In this document: piece by piece, positions 38,905-52,682 of the stretch
Position numbering within the stretch: position 1 is the stretch's first letter
Layout of the letters: each line of letters starts with the position of its first letter
Origin: Okamejei kenojei
Taxonomy: Eukaryota
Assembly (NCBI GenBank): GCA_035221665.1
Contig: CM069139.1
Span: 75,020,001 to 75,084,000 of the forward strand
Direction: 5' to 3'
Length of the DNA: 64,000 nt
Notes under the pieces: model-generated
What the model was told of the DNA's origin: nothing
What the model saw: only the letters and a program-made list of their open reading frames with translations
Databases searched by the model: none
Program-made: the position numbers and the translations under genes

Positions 38905-39590
38905 TGGTGCCACGGTCGCGCAGCGAACAGAGCTACTCCATGATCTTTGGTCTCAACAGTGCAGGAGACCCGGGTTCGGTCCTGTCCCCAGTCGCTGACT
39001 GTGTGGAGTTTGGACATTCTCCCTGTGACCGGGTGGGTTTACTCCGGGTGTTCCGTTTAGTTTAGTTTAGTTTAGAGATACAGCGCAGAAACAGACCCTT
39101 CGGCCCACCGGATCCGCGTTGACCAGCGATCCCCGCATATTAACACTATCCTACACCCTCTATGGACATTTTTGCATTTACCAAGCCAATTAGCCTACAA
39201 ACCTGTTCGTCTTTGGAGTGTGGGAGGAAACCGAAGATCTCGGAGAAAATCCACGCAGGTCATTGGAAGAACGTACAAACTCCGTACAGACAGTACCCGT
39301 AATCGGGATCGAACCCGCGTCTCTAGCGCTGCATTCGCTGTAAATACCGCTGCGACACAGTGACCACCCAAATCCCACATTCCAAAGATGCGCGGGTCGG
39401 TTGGTTAATTTGTGTGCGTGTGTCCGTCCTCTGTAAAATTGTCCCAGTGTGTGGGTGTGGGGTACTATCTCAAAAGGAATTGATGGGAATGTGGGGAGAA
39501 TAAAATGTAGGATTAGTGTAGATGGGTGGTTGATGGTCTGCGTGGTCTCAGTGGTTCCAAGTTCCTGATTCTGTGCTGTGTGACTCTAAG
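38905..39590. mobile_element. tRNA-derived V-SINE (HE1-like) with a second V-SINE nested in the opposite orientation (39055-39365)
   Basis: A/B-box-like head and V-domain TGTGGAGTTTGGACATTCTCCCTGTGACC...; inner copy ends in an (ACTAA)n tail on the minus strand. Confidence 0.75.
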
Positions 39591-41149
39591 TTCAACATCA
39601 GAAATGTTGACACTGAGTAATTGGTATTGCAACAACTACGCGAGAGAGAGTTGGGACATCGTGAACAGTCTCGTCCTGATCCAAGAACAAGGAGTGTTTT
39701 CGAAAAAGAACATCTAGAAGAAATGTCAGTACTTCGTGATTCTGTAGTTGGATTACGTCACCCAGAGAACGATGGAATTAAAATGCATGGCATTGGGAAT
39801 AATATATGGATTTTTTTTAATGGTCCAAACTGTCCATTTCCCTCCACAGATGCTACCTGGCCCGCTGATTAACTCCAGCATTTTGTATCCATTCTCCTTT
39901 AGACTGTTTGATGGCATCCGTCTAGATCTCAAGCCATTGCAAGAACTTCATAGCCATTGAAGTGAAGTCACTTCAACTCGACAATTTGCTCATAGGAAAA
40001 TTCTATGAACAACAATGAACTGATAGCAGTATAGATCTAATAATCGAGATATAGATCGGATTTACATCGACTCACAGAGGGGGAGCATTTACAGGGCAGT
40101 TATGGATTTTTGGAGAAGGTAAAAGCCAGCCGTTAGGAGCTGGGTTTCCAGGGCAGTTTTGTTTATGGATAGTCTGAAGAAGCGTTTCGACCCGAAACAT
40201 CTCCTATCCCTTTTCTCCAGAGATGCTGCCTGACCCGCTGATTTATTCCAGCTTTTTCTATCTATTCTCATTTAGACTGCTTGTTGCCCCGGATTCCAGC
40301 ATCTGCAGCCTCTCCATTAAAATAAAGTGGCCGTCAGACAGGGAGAAGGCTGTGCATAGTGAGGCGCTGCAGGGGTCTGTGCTTGCCACTCAGCCTTCAT
40401 TCGTATATCAATGATTTGGGTGAGAGGACAAATGTAATATTTCAAAGTTTGCCGATGATATTGTCGGATGCAAGAAGTTTTAAAGTGGGTTTGATGTTGA
40501 ACGAGTGGGTAACATTGACAGATGGGGCGTAATGTGAATAAATGTGCGGCTTCCATTTCGACAGCGAACCAAAAAAATTGCGCATTACTTAAACGACCTA
40601 AGGTCGGAAAATAAACGACCTAAAATTGGGAAATGTTGAAGTGGAAGGAGCGGGATCTTCTTGTTCACCAGTCAGTGAAAGCCGACATGCGGGTGCAGAA
40701 TTAATTAAGACGCCAAATGATGTGTTGAAGAAGGATTATGGAGGGCCTTAGGAGGTTGACCAGGAGGACTGTGTGATTTTTGTTTGCTCTCCTCGCCTAA
40801 GAAAGGACACACTTCTCATAGAGGGGCCTGCACCAAGGTTCGCCGGAAGGACACATGAGAAGGCGAGCGGGCGATTATAAGGGAAGCTTGGTCGACTAGA
40901 TTTATATTCAGTAGAATATAGAAGTATGAGACCTCATTGGACCTTACAGAAATGTAACGAGGCCAGGCAGACTCAATTTGGGTAGGATGTTTTCCTGGAC
41001 TAGCGTGTCACAGTCTTTAAACAGGTGGTAAAATAGTCAGACTCTCGCAGAATAGAATCAACACACATTTCTGGGCGCAGAGGACATTAAGGGACATGGA
41101 GAAAGTACGGAAATATGACATTAAGGATCAGCCACCATCTTATTTAAGC

Positions 41150-41428
41150 TGGCACAGTAGGCAAGCTGGTGGTGCTGCTGTCTCGCAGCGCCGGAGATGC
41201 GGGTTCGATCCTGACCTCAGGAGCTGGCTGTGTGGCGTTTGTCTGTCTCCTTGTGACCGCGTGGATTTCCTACGGGTTGCTCTGGTCCTCCCACATCCCA
41301 TTGACATGCGGGTTTGTAATTGGCCTCTGAAATTGTCCCGAGTGTGCCGGGAGTAGATGGGAAAGTGGGACGGTGTGAACTCGTTGGACCGAATTGCAAA
41401 TGTTTTCATGCTGTATCTCTAAACTAGA
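41150..41428 (+). mobile_element. V-SINE (HE1-like)
   Basis: GGTTCGATCC B-box, V-domain core, CTCTAAACTA tail; further copies at ~25590, 31010, 41910, 46535, 51835, 59990 and 60335. Confidence 0.75.
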
Positions 41429-42689
41429 TTGTTTTATTGAACAGCGAAGCAGGCTCGATCTTGTAGGGTGGTCTACCGAGCAAATCGACAAATCGACATA
41501 ATTATATGGCAGGATTACCATGGAGCCCTACCCCAGACACGGGGCAAAGGGTCCATCCACTATTCCATGTGGATCGGCTTAGTTGCATCTTACTGCAGTC
41601 AGGTGCTTCCTCACCAAGCAGATGCACGGAGTTTGCAACATAACAGGTCCTACCTTGCAACATTATTCCTGAGCATATTATTCCTTAGTCGATCATCGGA
41701 GACAGTTGCCTTGGGTTTTCGGAACATCGTGCGCTGAATACGGGGAAATGGGTGTAAGGAATCCCGGCCCATCAGCTTGGTGCATCGGCAGAAGCCTAGC
41801 CTCTCAGTCTGAAGGCTTGAGTTTAAACTCAACCATGGAGATTGGACGCTAACGCTCTGATACTGGGAGGATGGGTTCCTTCCATTAGGGTTGATAGACG
41901 CTCATTCCCTCAGCAGGATTTGGCGCATTTGACACCCGGGTGTAATCCCAACCCCTGTCGCCCTTTGCGTGGAGTTTGTATTCTCCTTGAGACCGCGTGG
42001 GGTTTCCCCGGGTTCCTTCCACATCCCGAGAGCCCGTGGATTCGTTGGTAAATTGACAGCGGGAATGACCCTTGGGATGTAGATGACTGGAAGAATCCAG
42101 AGGGACGGAAATCGGGGGAGAATAGAGTGGGGTAGTCAGGTTAGTGTAAAAGTGCGTGTTTCACATTCAGTGCGGACAGCGAGCCGAAGGGTGTGTTCCT
42201 CGCCCTATAATTCTATAATTATGGAAGGAGGTTCCATATGGTTATATGGAAGGAGGTTATATGGTTATATGGAGGTAATTTCACCCCAGACAGCGGATCA
42301 ACAGTTCACATCAACTCCTGGTGTTACGTTTAATTGCTCCACGTTTTGCTTTGCCCTTTGTTTCCCACTATAGTGGTCACACCGCCAGGATCGTTCAGCG
42401 GCAGTCCAACACCTCCGGGTGATTGTCCGTCATATTTCTCGTTGCATTTTCACGTCCAAATGATTTTAAGAGAGTTATTTGTGTGTATATTACCTAAAAT
42501 GTGGTGGATTTTTGTCCCTTTAAAGTTGATATCAGGACAGGCATGGGTTTAGGGGGTGCCTCAAGCCGCCTCCGCCTTAGCCTTGTAGAGCCTCGGTGAT
42601 CCCCGCATCCCATCGCATTAAGCTCTTCTCCTTCTACGGCCAACCAAAACCAACAAGTCACATTGCTATCTCAATTCACGCCTTCATCT

Positions 42690-42869
42690 CGCTGACCTTC
42701 AACTGACGTCTTGCGATAAAACTGCTGTGCACCGGCGAGATCTTGGGAGGTTAAAACCCAGGGCGCACTATCACTGGACGCTCTCCGTCTGTCCTTCTGA
42801 TCAACGCTACAGAATAGCAGCTGACACAAACCACCGATTGAACTTCACTGCGGTAGCACTGGAACGCCT
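42690..42869 (+). promoter_or_regulatory. Putative promoter and non-coding first exon of EEF1AKMT3-like copy A
   Basis: CRE-like TGACGTC (42704), GATA site, TTAAAA at 42751, strong donor CCT|GTAAGT at 42870; matching acceptor (CT)n...cctAG at 45873, 65 nt before the ATG. Confidence 0.4.
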
Positions 42870-44506
42870 GTAAGTGAGTTTTAAGACTTTTTGGCTTTCT
42901 TATATTTCCCCATGACGTTGTATCACCACGATACCCTGCAGCAAACGCTTGCTTTCCCTGAGTTAGAAATTAAATGACATTGATATAATCTCCTCAAAAA
43001 TAGTATATTCCAAAATTATATAGTTACTTATGCAGTTCCTATCGTGTATTACATGCTAGATGTATTATGAGTAACACGGCTATCGTGTCAGTGTTCATCT
43101 TATAGATATTTAGATGCCTTTTTTTTAATTAGTACCTAGCGATGTTAGTAATGAAATGAGAGTTTTAGATGATAGTAATGTTATTACAGGCAGCATTATT
43201 AAACGTTGTAGCAATATAATTGTATTGAGATAATTAGCCGTAACAAGGGGAAAAGTTTAAAGATTTACGAGGGAAGTTTGTTTTTACACATGGGGTGGTG
43301 GATGTGTGGAACGCGCTGCCAGGAGAGGATTCAGATATGACAGTAGCGTTTAAAAGGCTTTAACTTGGAGACATGAACTAGGCAGGGGACGAGGGTGATA
43401 CAGAACCTTTGCAGGCATGATAGCCTAAAGCGCTTGTTCCTGTCCTCGACTCTTCTCTGTTCTATGTTTAAGTGCTACTAGCTCTTCTCAAAGATGATGC
43501 TTTGTTTGTCCCTGACTACACTGAGAGGACAGTGTTGCTCCTCCAAACACATCCATCCAACCTGCACACACCCATCAACCTGCACACAGCCCTTCACTTC
43601 CCTATGGAGCTTGGATTTATGTCTGTAAGATATCCTACCAAAGATAAAGCTGAATGCCATGCTGGGTGGTTCAGAACTCGGTTAAACATCAACTTCAGCG
43701 GTACCGTCTTGCTGCCACATGGAAGAAGACAAAGACTTGTGAGAAGGGGCAAGCGAGAATGTGGAACGGGGAGGCCAAGGTTTACATTACCTGTGCTTTT
43801 ACTTCGTCCCGGCCCTCCGTCCATAGACCCAGCCTATCCGGTTGAAACAGAGATTCGCTTGGAATTAAGTCGACTGCAGTTCCCACGACAATGGAGAAAT
43901 AGGGTTTCACTGTTTCGCTGACAGCTTTGCCTGCCTTCCATATGCCTTCCATTGAACCATATTCAATGATTCCCGTTATCTGCCACTGTAATTCTTAATC
44001 TAACTGCCACTGTGTCCTATCGGTCTGTGACCTCCTTCGCTGTTATAATGTGTCCCCACGTAAGCTTGAGAAACAGTGTTCCATCGTGCCACAACCTTCC
44101 ATGCTCAACCTCAACCGCGTCGTTTGCCTTCTCCGTTTGTACCAGAACTAACCAGTTCTGCTGCAGATCACCCGTAAGCACTCCCGGCAGCTGTGCGTGT
44201 AGCAGGTTCCCCATTATTTGGATTGGAGTCTGAGAGCGACGCGGCGTGGAAACAGGACCTTGTTCTCACAGCGTGTGTTTTCTCTATATAACCAAATACC
44301 ATCACAATCAGCAGGGCAGAACTGGGATCACTCTGACACAGATGCTACGCGGGTCGCATGCTCCGCGCCCCCATTTTTCTGCAACAGAAAACAAACTCGT
44401 TTACTTCGTCCAGGTTCCACATTGGACATTATTGGACATTGTTTTCTCTGCGCAGATCCAGTGTCACCTTAATTTCCAATTTTTTGTTTCGGAAGCTGGC
44501 CGTTTG

Positions 44507-44899
44507 AAACATAGAAACATAGAAAATAGGTGCAGGAGAAGGCCATTCGGTCCTTCGAGCCAGCACCGCCATTCATTGTGATCATGGCTGATCGTCCGCT
44601 ATCAATAACCCGTGCCTGCCTTCTCTCCATATCCCTTGACTCCACTAGCCCCTAGAGCTCTATCCAACTCTCTCTTAAATCCATCCAGTGATTTGGCCTC
44701 CACTGCCCTCTGTGGCAGGGAATTCCATAAATTCACAACTCTCTGGGTAAAAAAGTTTTTTTTCTTAGCTCAGTCTTAAATGACCTCCCCTTTATTCTAA
44801 GACTGTGGCACCCTGGTTCTGGACTCACCCAACATTGGGAACATTTTTCCTGCATCTAGCTTGTCCAGTCCTTTTATAATGTTATATGTTTCTATAAGA
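44507..44899 (-). mobile_element. CR1-type LINE 3' fragment
   Basis: GAAACATAGAAACATAGAAAATAGGTGCAGG tail plus CR1 ORF2 end. Confidence 0.85.
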
Positions 44900-45938
44900 G
44901 TTTGGTTCGATGGTTAAATGCCGTCACTCTGTGGAATAGTCCCGGTACTCTCTGCCCTTTCTCTCCATGCCCCCTTCATTGATTCATTTTCTTGCCACAC
45001 TGGTAACGACTTGGAGCGGCAGTCACCCGGCCAACGTATCCTTAGCACATGGGCGGAAAGCGGACCATCCGGATGTAAACCACACACACGAAAGTTAGGG
45101 TCACTGAATTGGCGTGACAGACGAAGGTTGTAGCAGGTTTGAGAAGTCCCGTGAACTAATCAATCCTCCTGTTCTTTATGTCGTCTGGAGTTAGATTTAA
45201 TTCATAAAATCCGTTTAGTTCTTCCCCGAACAACTAAACCGCTGAGGGCCACCTATAGAATCAACGTTTCCTGAGTTTTCTTTAAATTGAGCCGAATTGA
45301 TGCTCGCACGGTGGAATTTTATCCCAGAGAATTACCGCAGCTATGTAATGTTTATGTGATTTATAAAATTGATTATCAATATTTATCTGACTATGCTACA
45401 TTAATTTAATCGCTGCCGTTATTTTAGGTGGAAAGGGTTGTAAATGTATGACTCTCTCCTCCCCTCTCTCCTCTCTCCACTCACACACACACATACTCCT
45501 GATCACTTTCTTTATTTTTTTTATCGTCTTTGCTATGAATCAACCCGTCTCGTTTCCCGAGACCTGTACGTGTTTATTGCCAACTAGGTATCACGGGTAT
45601 GAACGGGTGTCACGATTTTCTGGGGTGCAATCAATAGATTTGGCTTTGGGGCATAAAATCATCCGACGAATTTGAGCGGCGTTTCTCCCCGTTGTAAGAC
45701 CGGGCCACTCTCAAGGTGATCAAATGAAGCAATTTATTTGAAGCGCCACACATATTAACGCGCCCCCACTCGCTTTGCGGTGTCTTTGCGCGGTTGAAAG
45801 AAAAATTAAACTACGCGCTTCTTTTCTGCATGGTAACACCGGTGACTCTCTCTCTCTCTCTCTTAAATCCTAGATAAACCCCCATTGGAACGGACTCGTG
45901 GAACTGCAACTGAAAGGAAACGGTCGTGATCCGCGAAC

Positions 45939-46064
45939 ATGTCCACCACGGAAGATAAAATAAAAAATGTGGAAGAGAAAGATTATGAATATTGTGGACA
46001 CACCATGAAGATTAGTCTGTTTAAAGAATCCTCTTTAGGCGTCTCTGCTTACGTATGGGGACCT
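45939..46064 (+). CDS. EEF1AKMT3: EEF1A lysine methyltransferase 3 (METTL21B)-like, copy A, coding exon 1
   Basis: MSTTEDKIKNVEEKDYEYCGHTMKISLFKESSLGVSAYVWGP then |GTAAGT; resembles METTL21B [23 protein letters not shown]. Confidence 0.88.
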
Positions 46065-47219
46065 GTAAGTGAAATCGTCTGTTACACATTTATTCTAGGT
46101 AACACACACAATCCTGACATTGTTTTTGCAAATGTTCGTGGATCCTTTGGCCGCATTGGCTTGTGTTGGCAGTAGGTATAGGTGGTAAGTACGCTGTGTC
46201 TGAACGTTGCTCCAGCTTTGATTTTGGGACAATGCGACATCATTCCCTTGTTGGGGAGTGAGGCTCCTATGCGGTTGAAGCGTTTCAAATAGCGTTTCAA
46301 TGCCCCTTTTCCAGCCTTATTGCAACCGAGGTACATTCAGGTTCAGGGAGAGACGCTGAATATTTCCCGGATTGGATTGAAAAAAAAGTTTTAATTCAAT
46401 TACCATACAGCAAACCCAACGTGCGATTGAAAATTTGAAGGAGACCTGGAAGGTGAATCAACGAGGAAAACACTTTGCTCACAATTATTATAATTCGGGG
46501 TTGGAATAGGCATCGTTATGAAAAAGACAAAGGGTGGTATGGTGGCACAGCTAGTGGAGCTGATGCCTCACAGCTTCAGCCACCCGGGTTTGATCCTACC
46601 CCAGTGTTGTTTGCGTGGAGTTTGCACGTTCTCCTTGTGGCCGCGTGTGCTTCCCCCCGACGCTCCGGTTTGGAGTCATGGGGCGATAGAGGGCCGAGGA
46701 TACAATTTGTCCATGCTGACCAAGGTGTGTATCTCAGCTGGTCCCCTTGGCCTGCCTTTGACCCATGTCAAATGACAACCTAACGCGAATGAAGTTAGAT
46801 AAATCTCTCGGGCCTGATTGGATATAACCGAGGGCACAGTGGGAAGCGAGGTGAGGGGGTAAAATAGGTTGGAGTAGGATTAGATTTAACACGTTACTGA
46901 TGAGGGTTAACTGAAAACAACTGCTTGAAGGTAAATCAATGATAAAGCAGCAGGTGTGGCCGAGATCCGCAGTGAAACGGGAATTATTGAGGAATTCGTG
47001 AAGGTTCAAAATAGGTTAATTATTAAGCCTATAGGATGTGCACCTCAAGGAAATAAAACTATTACAAAAGAATCAGTGGAGGTTTTGACCAAATATGTTC
47101 TTGAAGCTGAAGAACTGAAAATGTCGCCCATTCTACCATTGTTTAAAAATGGTTGGAGAGATAGCGCGATTATAGACAATTCAGTCCAAACAGCGTGCCA
47201 GTAACAAAGGGACAAAAAA

Positions 47220-47602
47220 NNNNNNNNNNNNNNNNNNNNNNNNNNNNNNNNNNNNNNNNNNNNNNNNNNNNNNNNNNNNNNNNNNNNNNNNNNNNNNNNN
47301 NNNNNNNNNNNNNNNNNNNNNNNNNNNNNNNNNNNNNNNNNNNNNNNNNNNNNNNNNNNNNNNNNNNNNNNNNNNNNNNNNNNNNNNNNNNNNNNNNNNN
47401 NNNNNNNNNNNNNNNNNNNNNNNNNNNNNNNNNNNNNNNNNNNNNNNNNNNNNNNNNNNNNNNNNNNNNNNNNNNNNNNNNNNNNNNNNNNNNNNNNNNN
47501 NNNNNNNNNNNNNNNNNNNNNNNNNNNNNNNNNNNNNNNNNNNNNNNNNNNNNNNNNNNNNNNNNNNNNNNNNNNNNNNNNNNNNNNNNNNNNNNNNNNN
47601 NN
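47220..47602. other. Assembly gap (383 N)
   Basis: Run of N inside an intron of copy A, flanked by decayed LINE-like sequence. Confidence 1.
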
Positions 47603-49049
47603 TATATCATTATTTAGAAAAGACCCAAATTACTGGGGCATCTCTAGAGAACATGGATAGATGACGTTTCGGGTCGGGATCAGTCTTCAGGCCACCACAG
47701 ACAATTGGAAGGACCCCGACCCGAAATGTCACCTATCCGTGTGTTCTGGAGATGCGGCATGACCCGCCCAGTTACTCCAGCGTTGTGTGTTTTTGCGTAA
47801 ATTAGTATCTGTAGTTCCTTGTTTCTCCACAACTAAAAGGACAATTAGCGTGGATGTAAAAGGGACCTTCATCCTCGTCCATTTTAACGGATTACTTTTG
47901 ATACGTTAAAAGCAAGGGTTCAACGGTGATTGATATAATTTACGCCAATTTCATCCGTGTTTGGCATGGTCTCACATAACATAGTTATGGGAACCAACCT
48001 GCCATTACAAATTGGGTGTAAAATTAGATCAGTGGCGGAAAGAGAGTTTTAGAGACAGCACCGCGATATGCAGTGTGTGATGCACAGGTCCGTTTTCCGC
48101 GATATACATATCAATTATTTACACTTAAGGACGGGAGCTATGATCAGGACGTTTCGCTGACACAAAGAATTGTCGTGTAATTGGTGGTGGAGACTGCAGA
48201 AGCTTTGGAAGACTGATCGGAAGGGCATAGAAGTGGAAGAAGGGTACGGTTAATAAGGCCAACAAGACCAGAAGAAAACGTATTTAATGACAATGTACTG
48301 AGTATTGGAGGAGGTGAAGGGCAGATGCGTCCCCTCTGCCAAACACGTTTATAAAGGCGATTTGCAAAACAAAGGGAAACTACTTCAGAGTTTGGCGCCC
48401 AGGGAAAATAAATATATTTTCCGCATATAGAGTCGTGCAAGGTTAGAAGATATGCATAATTCTCCTTGGCCAACGCGCATACATTGTTGAGCCAAAAACA
48501 AGTCTCACAAGTGGAAATGAGAAAAGACCAGGGGATATTAGTGATGAAAACCGAGAAATGAGCGTTAATCCAGAGAGCCCGGTGGTCCGCTTTCAATGGA
48601 CCAAGCAAGCCCCCCTGCATGAACTTTAAAAAGGCTAAGCGCTAAGCGTTTCCTTCGAACCGTGGAGTTGACGAGTTACATTCTCAAGTATGCGAGTGGA
48701 ATGCGATGCACACACCTTCTACCTCGCAAGAAGAAATAGATTATGTTGGCTGTTTATCATTGGCAACAGAGTGTAGATGGAGTGGAGGCTGGGGTTGGGG
48801 GTGGAGGCTGGTTTGTAATGAATCCTTGCTTGCCTTCGCAGCTCTCTGGAATTTTTTTGGCCGTCTTGGCCATAGCAATTTGTGATGCGCCCTGATAGGT
48901 TGTTTTCTGTGGTGCGTCTGCAGATGTTGACGAGCGTCATTGGAAATATGTTCCCATGGTTTCTGGGGGTGAAACTCCTTGTTTCATTCCATCTGTCTGT
49001 CCAACGGCAGGGCCTTTAGCCCGTGAAGCGTATTTATAATGTACTTTAA

Positions 49050-49513
49050 TGCCCCTGTCCCACTTCGGAAACCTGAACGGAAACCCCTGGAGACTTTGCG
49101 CCCCACCCAAGGTTTCCGTGCGGTTCCCGGAGGTTCCCGGAGGTTTTTGTCAGGTTCCCGGAGGTTTTTTCAAATTTTTGAAATAATCGCCGGAACATAG
49201 AAGAAGCGGAGTGCTAACGAAGAAACTGCAGATGCTGGAGAATCGAGGGTTACACAAAAAGCTGGAGAAACTCAGCGGGTGCAGCAGCATCTAAGGAGCG
49301 AAGGAGATAGGCTATCTCCTTCGCTCCTTAGATGCTGCTGCACCCGCTGAGTTTCTCCAGCTTTTTGTGTAACCGCCGGAACATAGAAGAAGCGGAAACC
49401 ACTTTCGACTATTAGGGAGACTGACAAAAACCTCCGGGAACCGCACGGAAACCTTGGGTCGGCGCAAAGTCTCCAGAGGTTTCCGTTCAGGTTTCCTAAG
49501 TGGGACAGGGGCA
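49050..49513. mobile_element. Harbinger-type MITE with long TIRs, containing a nested Penelope-derived hairpin
   Basis: TGCCCCTGTCCCACTT...AAGTGGGACAGGGGCA with ~100-bp inverted arms; TAA/TTA flanks. Confidence 0.85.
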
Positions 49514-49843
49514 TTACACGTTGCTTTTACTTTTTAGTCTGATTTGCATTGTGCTTCCACGGAGAACAATGCTTGAGTGCTGAATGAAGATATTGGTAAA
49601 TGCTGCACGGAACGCGGCCTTCCGTCACATTTCTCTCGTCTCTTTTAATCCCTCAAATCCCATTCCCATTTAAATGCAGGACATCGGCTGCTCCCGCCGG
49701 ATTCCGAGGGCTGTCCTGAGCTTCTTACGTGGAATTACTTTCTTCCCACCGAGTTCCCTGCCTCCGCCCTACCCCCACCTTCCCGCATTGTCCTCTGTTC
49801 TGTAAGCCGCGCCGAAATTGATATTTACCTGTTTCTTTTTCAG

Positions 49844-49955
49844 GGTCTGGCTCTGTGTCAGTTCTTTCAGGAAGAGAAGGTTGATTTTACTGGCAAGAGG
49901 CTGCTTGAACTTGGGTCGGGAAGCGGTATCGTGGGGATTTTAGCGACGTTGCTGG
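49844..49955 (+). CDS. EEF1AKMT3: EEF1AKMT3-like copy A, coding exon 2 (112 nt; SAM-binding motif I)
   Basis: tttcAG|GGTCTG...CTGG|GTATGT; GLALCQFFQEEKVDFTGKRLLELGSGSGIVGILATLLG. Confidence 0.92.
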
Positions 49956-52682
49956 GTATGTTCATTGTTCCCGTTAACTGTAGTTAGCTCTTCATTTACC
50001 TTTTTTAGCCCATCCCCAGAGTTTGCCTCTCTCAACTTGCTGTCCGAATAACCGCGCGCGGTGTCTATCTTTGTATTCACTCTTTATCATGGCAATAACC
50101 TTTATTTATTATTGTCATGTGTAGCGAGGTACAGTGAACGTTTTTTGTTTCCGCGCTATCCCGTCAAAGGATAGACTATGCGCGAATGCGATCAAGCAGA
50201 CCACAGTGCACACATAAAGGATAATGGTACATAGTTTTGTGTAAGACACAAAACATTTAAGTATTTTAAAGTTTAAAGATAGTTTAAAGATCTCCAATAA
50301 GGTAGATGGGAGGTGAAGTCCGCACCCTAGCCTGATAATTGATGGGAAGAAACCGTGCCTGAGTCGGGAGAGATACACAAAGTGCTGGAGTAACTCCGCG
50401 GGTCAATCAGCATCTCCGGGGAAAAAAGATAGAATCTGGAGGTATGCGTTTTCAAACTCTATATCTCTTTCCTGATGGTAAAGAGGAGAAGAGGGGGTGA
50501 CATAATCAATTAATTCCTTAATTAATCTGATGGCCTTGCCCAGGCTGTGTGAAGTGTAGATGGAGTCAATGGAAGGGAGGTTTAGTTGTCTGGGCTACGT
50601 CCACAACTCGTTGCAGTTTCTTGCTGCCTTGGATAGAGCTGTTCCCAAAGCAGGCTGCGATGCATCTTGATAAAATGCTTTCTATGACGCATTCGTAGAC
50701 ATGGATGAGGGTTGTTGCAGACATACCGAACTTTCTAAGCCTTGTAAGGAATTAGATGTGGCTGGTCCAAGACAAATTACTAGTAGTATTTATCTCTATC
50801 TCATATTGGTCATATCACCATATTATTATATTGGTAATAATCGGTTTACTTAGCATACACTGATAGAGGATAAACATGCAATGACCATTTTCAACAAAAA
50901 AATAATTCAATTATCTATCCTTGTGGCCTTGCCACCAGCATCAATAGTGGAGACAGCCAACATCAATATTCTGCGGATCACAATTGCCCGGAAGGTCCAT
51001 TACAATAAGCACTAGTTCCTAATACGGAGCCAAGGAGTGACAGCGATTTATTATTCAACCGGATGAGTTCTTAGCTTTCATTATATTTTGTGAAGCTTCA
51101 TCTTTCACTCTTTTTTTCCCTCTTCCGCGTTTTCTTAAATATTTAATTTCACCCTTTGCTACAATACCTCAAATAGTTCAAATCTGATTTGTTTTTACAT
51201 TCAAGGGTGTTTAATCCTAGACTATTTAATAATCCGCATTTTTAAACCGCGGCATTGCCTAGGATACTCCACAGTTAACCGCACCAAAGGTAAACATATC
51301 GTTCGGAATTGAAAGTGTCTAACACTGTAGAACGTGCCGAACCTGATCGTTCTACCATACCTTGTACCCCTTGGTATTCCAGCCTTCTTGAAATGGAGGA
51401 AAAAGTTCCAGAAGCCCTTGAAGTTATTTTTTTAATCTGTTCGCTGAGCCTTAATGATTGTTGAGCATGAATCATTAAACCACTTTCCAAGTTCACAATT
51501 CCAAGCTTCTTAATATAATTCCATGTCGTTACCCACTTCTGTCTTGGATTCGGGTTGATGTCATACCGCCGAAAATGTTAACTCTGTTTCTCTTTTCTTG
51601 GATGCTGTCTGACGAGTGCGGTAATATGTTCTCTTTTTCTTAATTCAATTACTATCACGGCAACCTTCGTTGCAATGAATCTCCCAAGGCCGTGCCTACT
51701 CAATCTACATTCCGTTATATTGTTTATCAGAATATTCGTTCTTGGTTTTCTCTGACAGTTAGTACTTTCATATCGAATGATCATCGCAGCTGACCTTATA
51801 AGTATGAATCACTGTTTGAAACCAGTAGGATTGTAGTACAGCTGGTAGAGCTGCTGCCTCACAGCGCCAGAGAATCAGGTTCCTTCCTGACTTCCGATGC
51901 TGCCAGTGTGGAGTTTGCACGCTCCATTTGTAAACGCGTGGGGATCCCTCGTGTCCTCCGGATCCGTCCCATGTCACAATGAAGTGCGGGATTGTAGGTT
52001 AAGCGGCCGCTGTAAATTGACTCGTATGTTTCGGGAGTGGATGAGAAAATTGAATAACACAGAACTAGTCTGAAATAGTGATCCATGGTCGTCTTGGACA
52101 CGGTGGTAGTTTCAACGCCGTATGTCCATAGCTAAAACTAAAACTAAAAACTGAACGGTATCTTTCTATTCGCGTGGCAAATTATATCAAGCTGTCGTTG
52201 TGTTATTTGTTCTGCATGCGCTCACAATTCTATTCACTAAGCACATTCCTCTAGTTACCTTTCCTCTGTACACCCGTGCAACTACGGCCCCGAGTCATCA
52301 TATTTATGGGGATACTGGTGGCCTTCCCTCGCATGCTACACTGCCAGCAGTGGGAACCCCAGATGTATTTTCTCTTTGCTTCGGGCATTGAAATTAATTG
52401 TTATGTCTATTTCATCACCGATAAAAATGTCTCTTCTTAATCAAGCGTCAACGATGACATATTTGCCGTATTGACAGTGATCAGCTAACAAATCTCACCT
52501 ACACACTGAATGATACGGTATTGTTTTATTACCGAGATGTTATTTTCACTCCAAATGCCCTTGCGAGAATAATGCCACTCGAGGAACAGCATTTATACAT
52601 GTATTATGTTACAACGTTATGGAAAGTAACCACTGAACAAGCATGATCAATAATGATGTTTACGATGTTATTATTTTGCCAG

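Noticed and set aside
43472-43921. 149-aa ORF upstream of copy A
   Set aside because: No recognisable motifs; includes a short tandem repeat; no supporting splice sites identified
47170-47617. Two long ORFs in the ORF track
   Set aside because: Artefacts of translating the N gap
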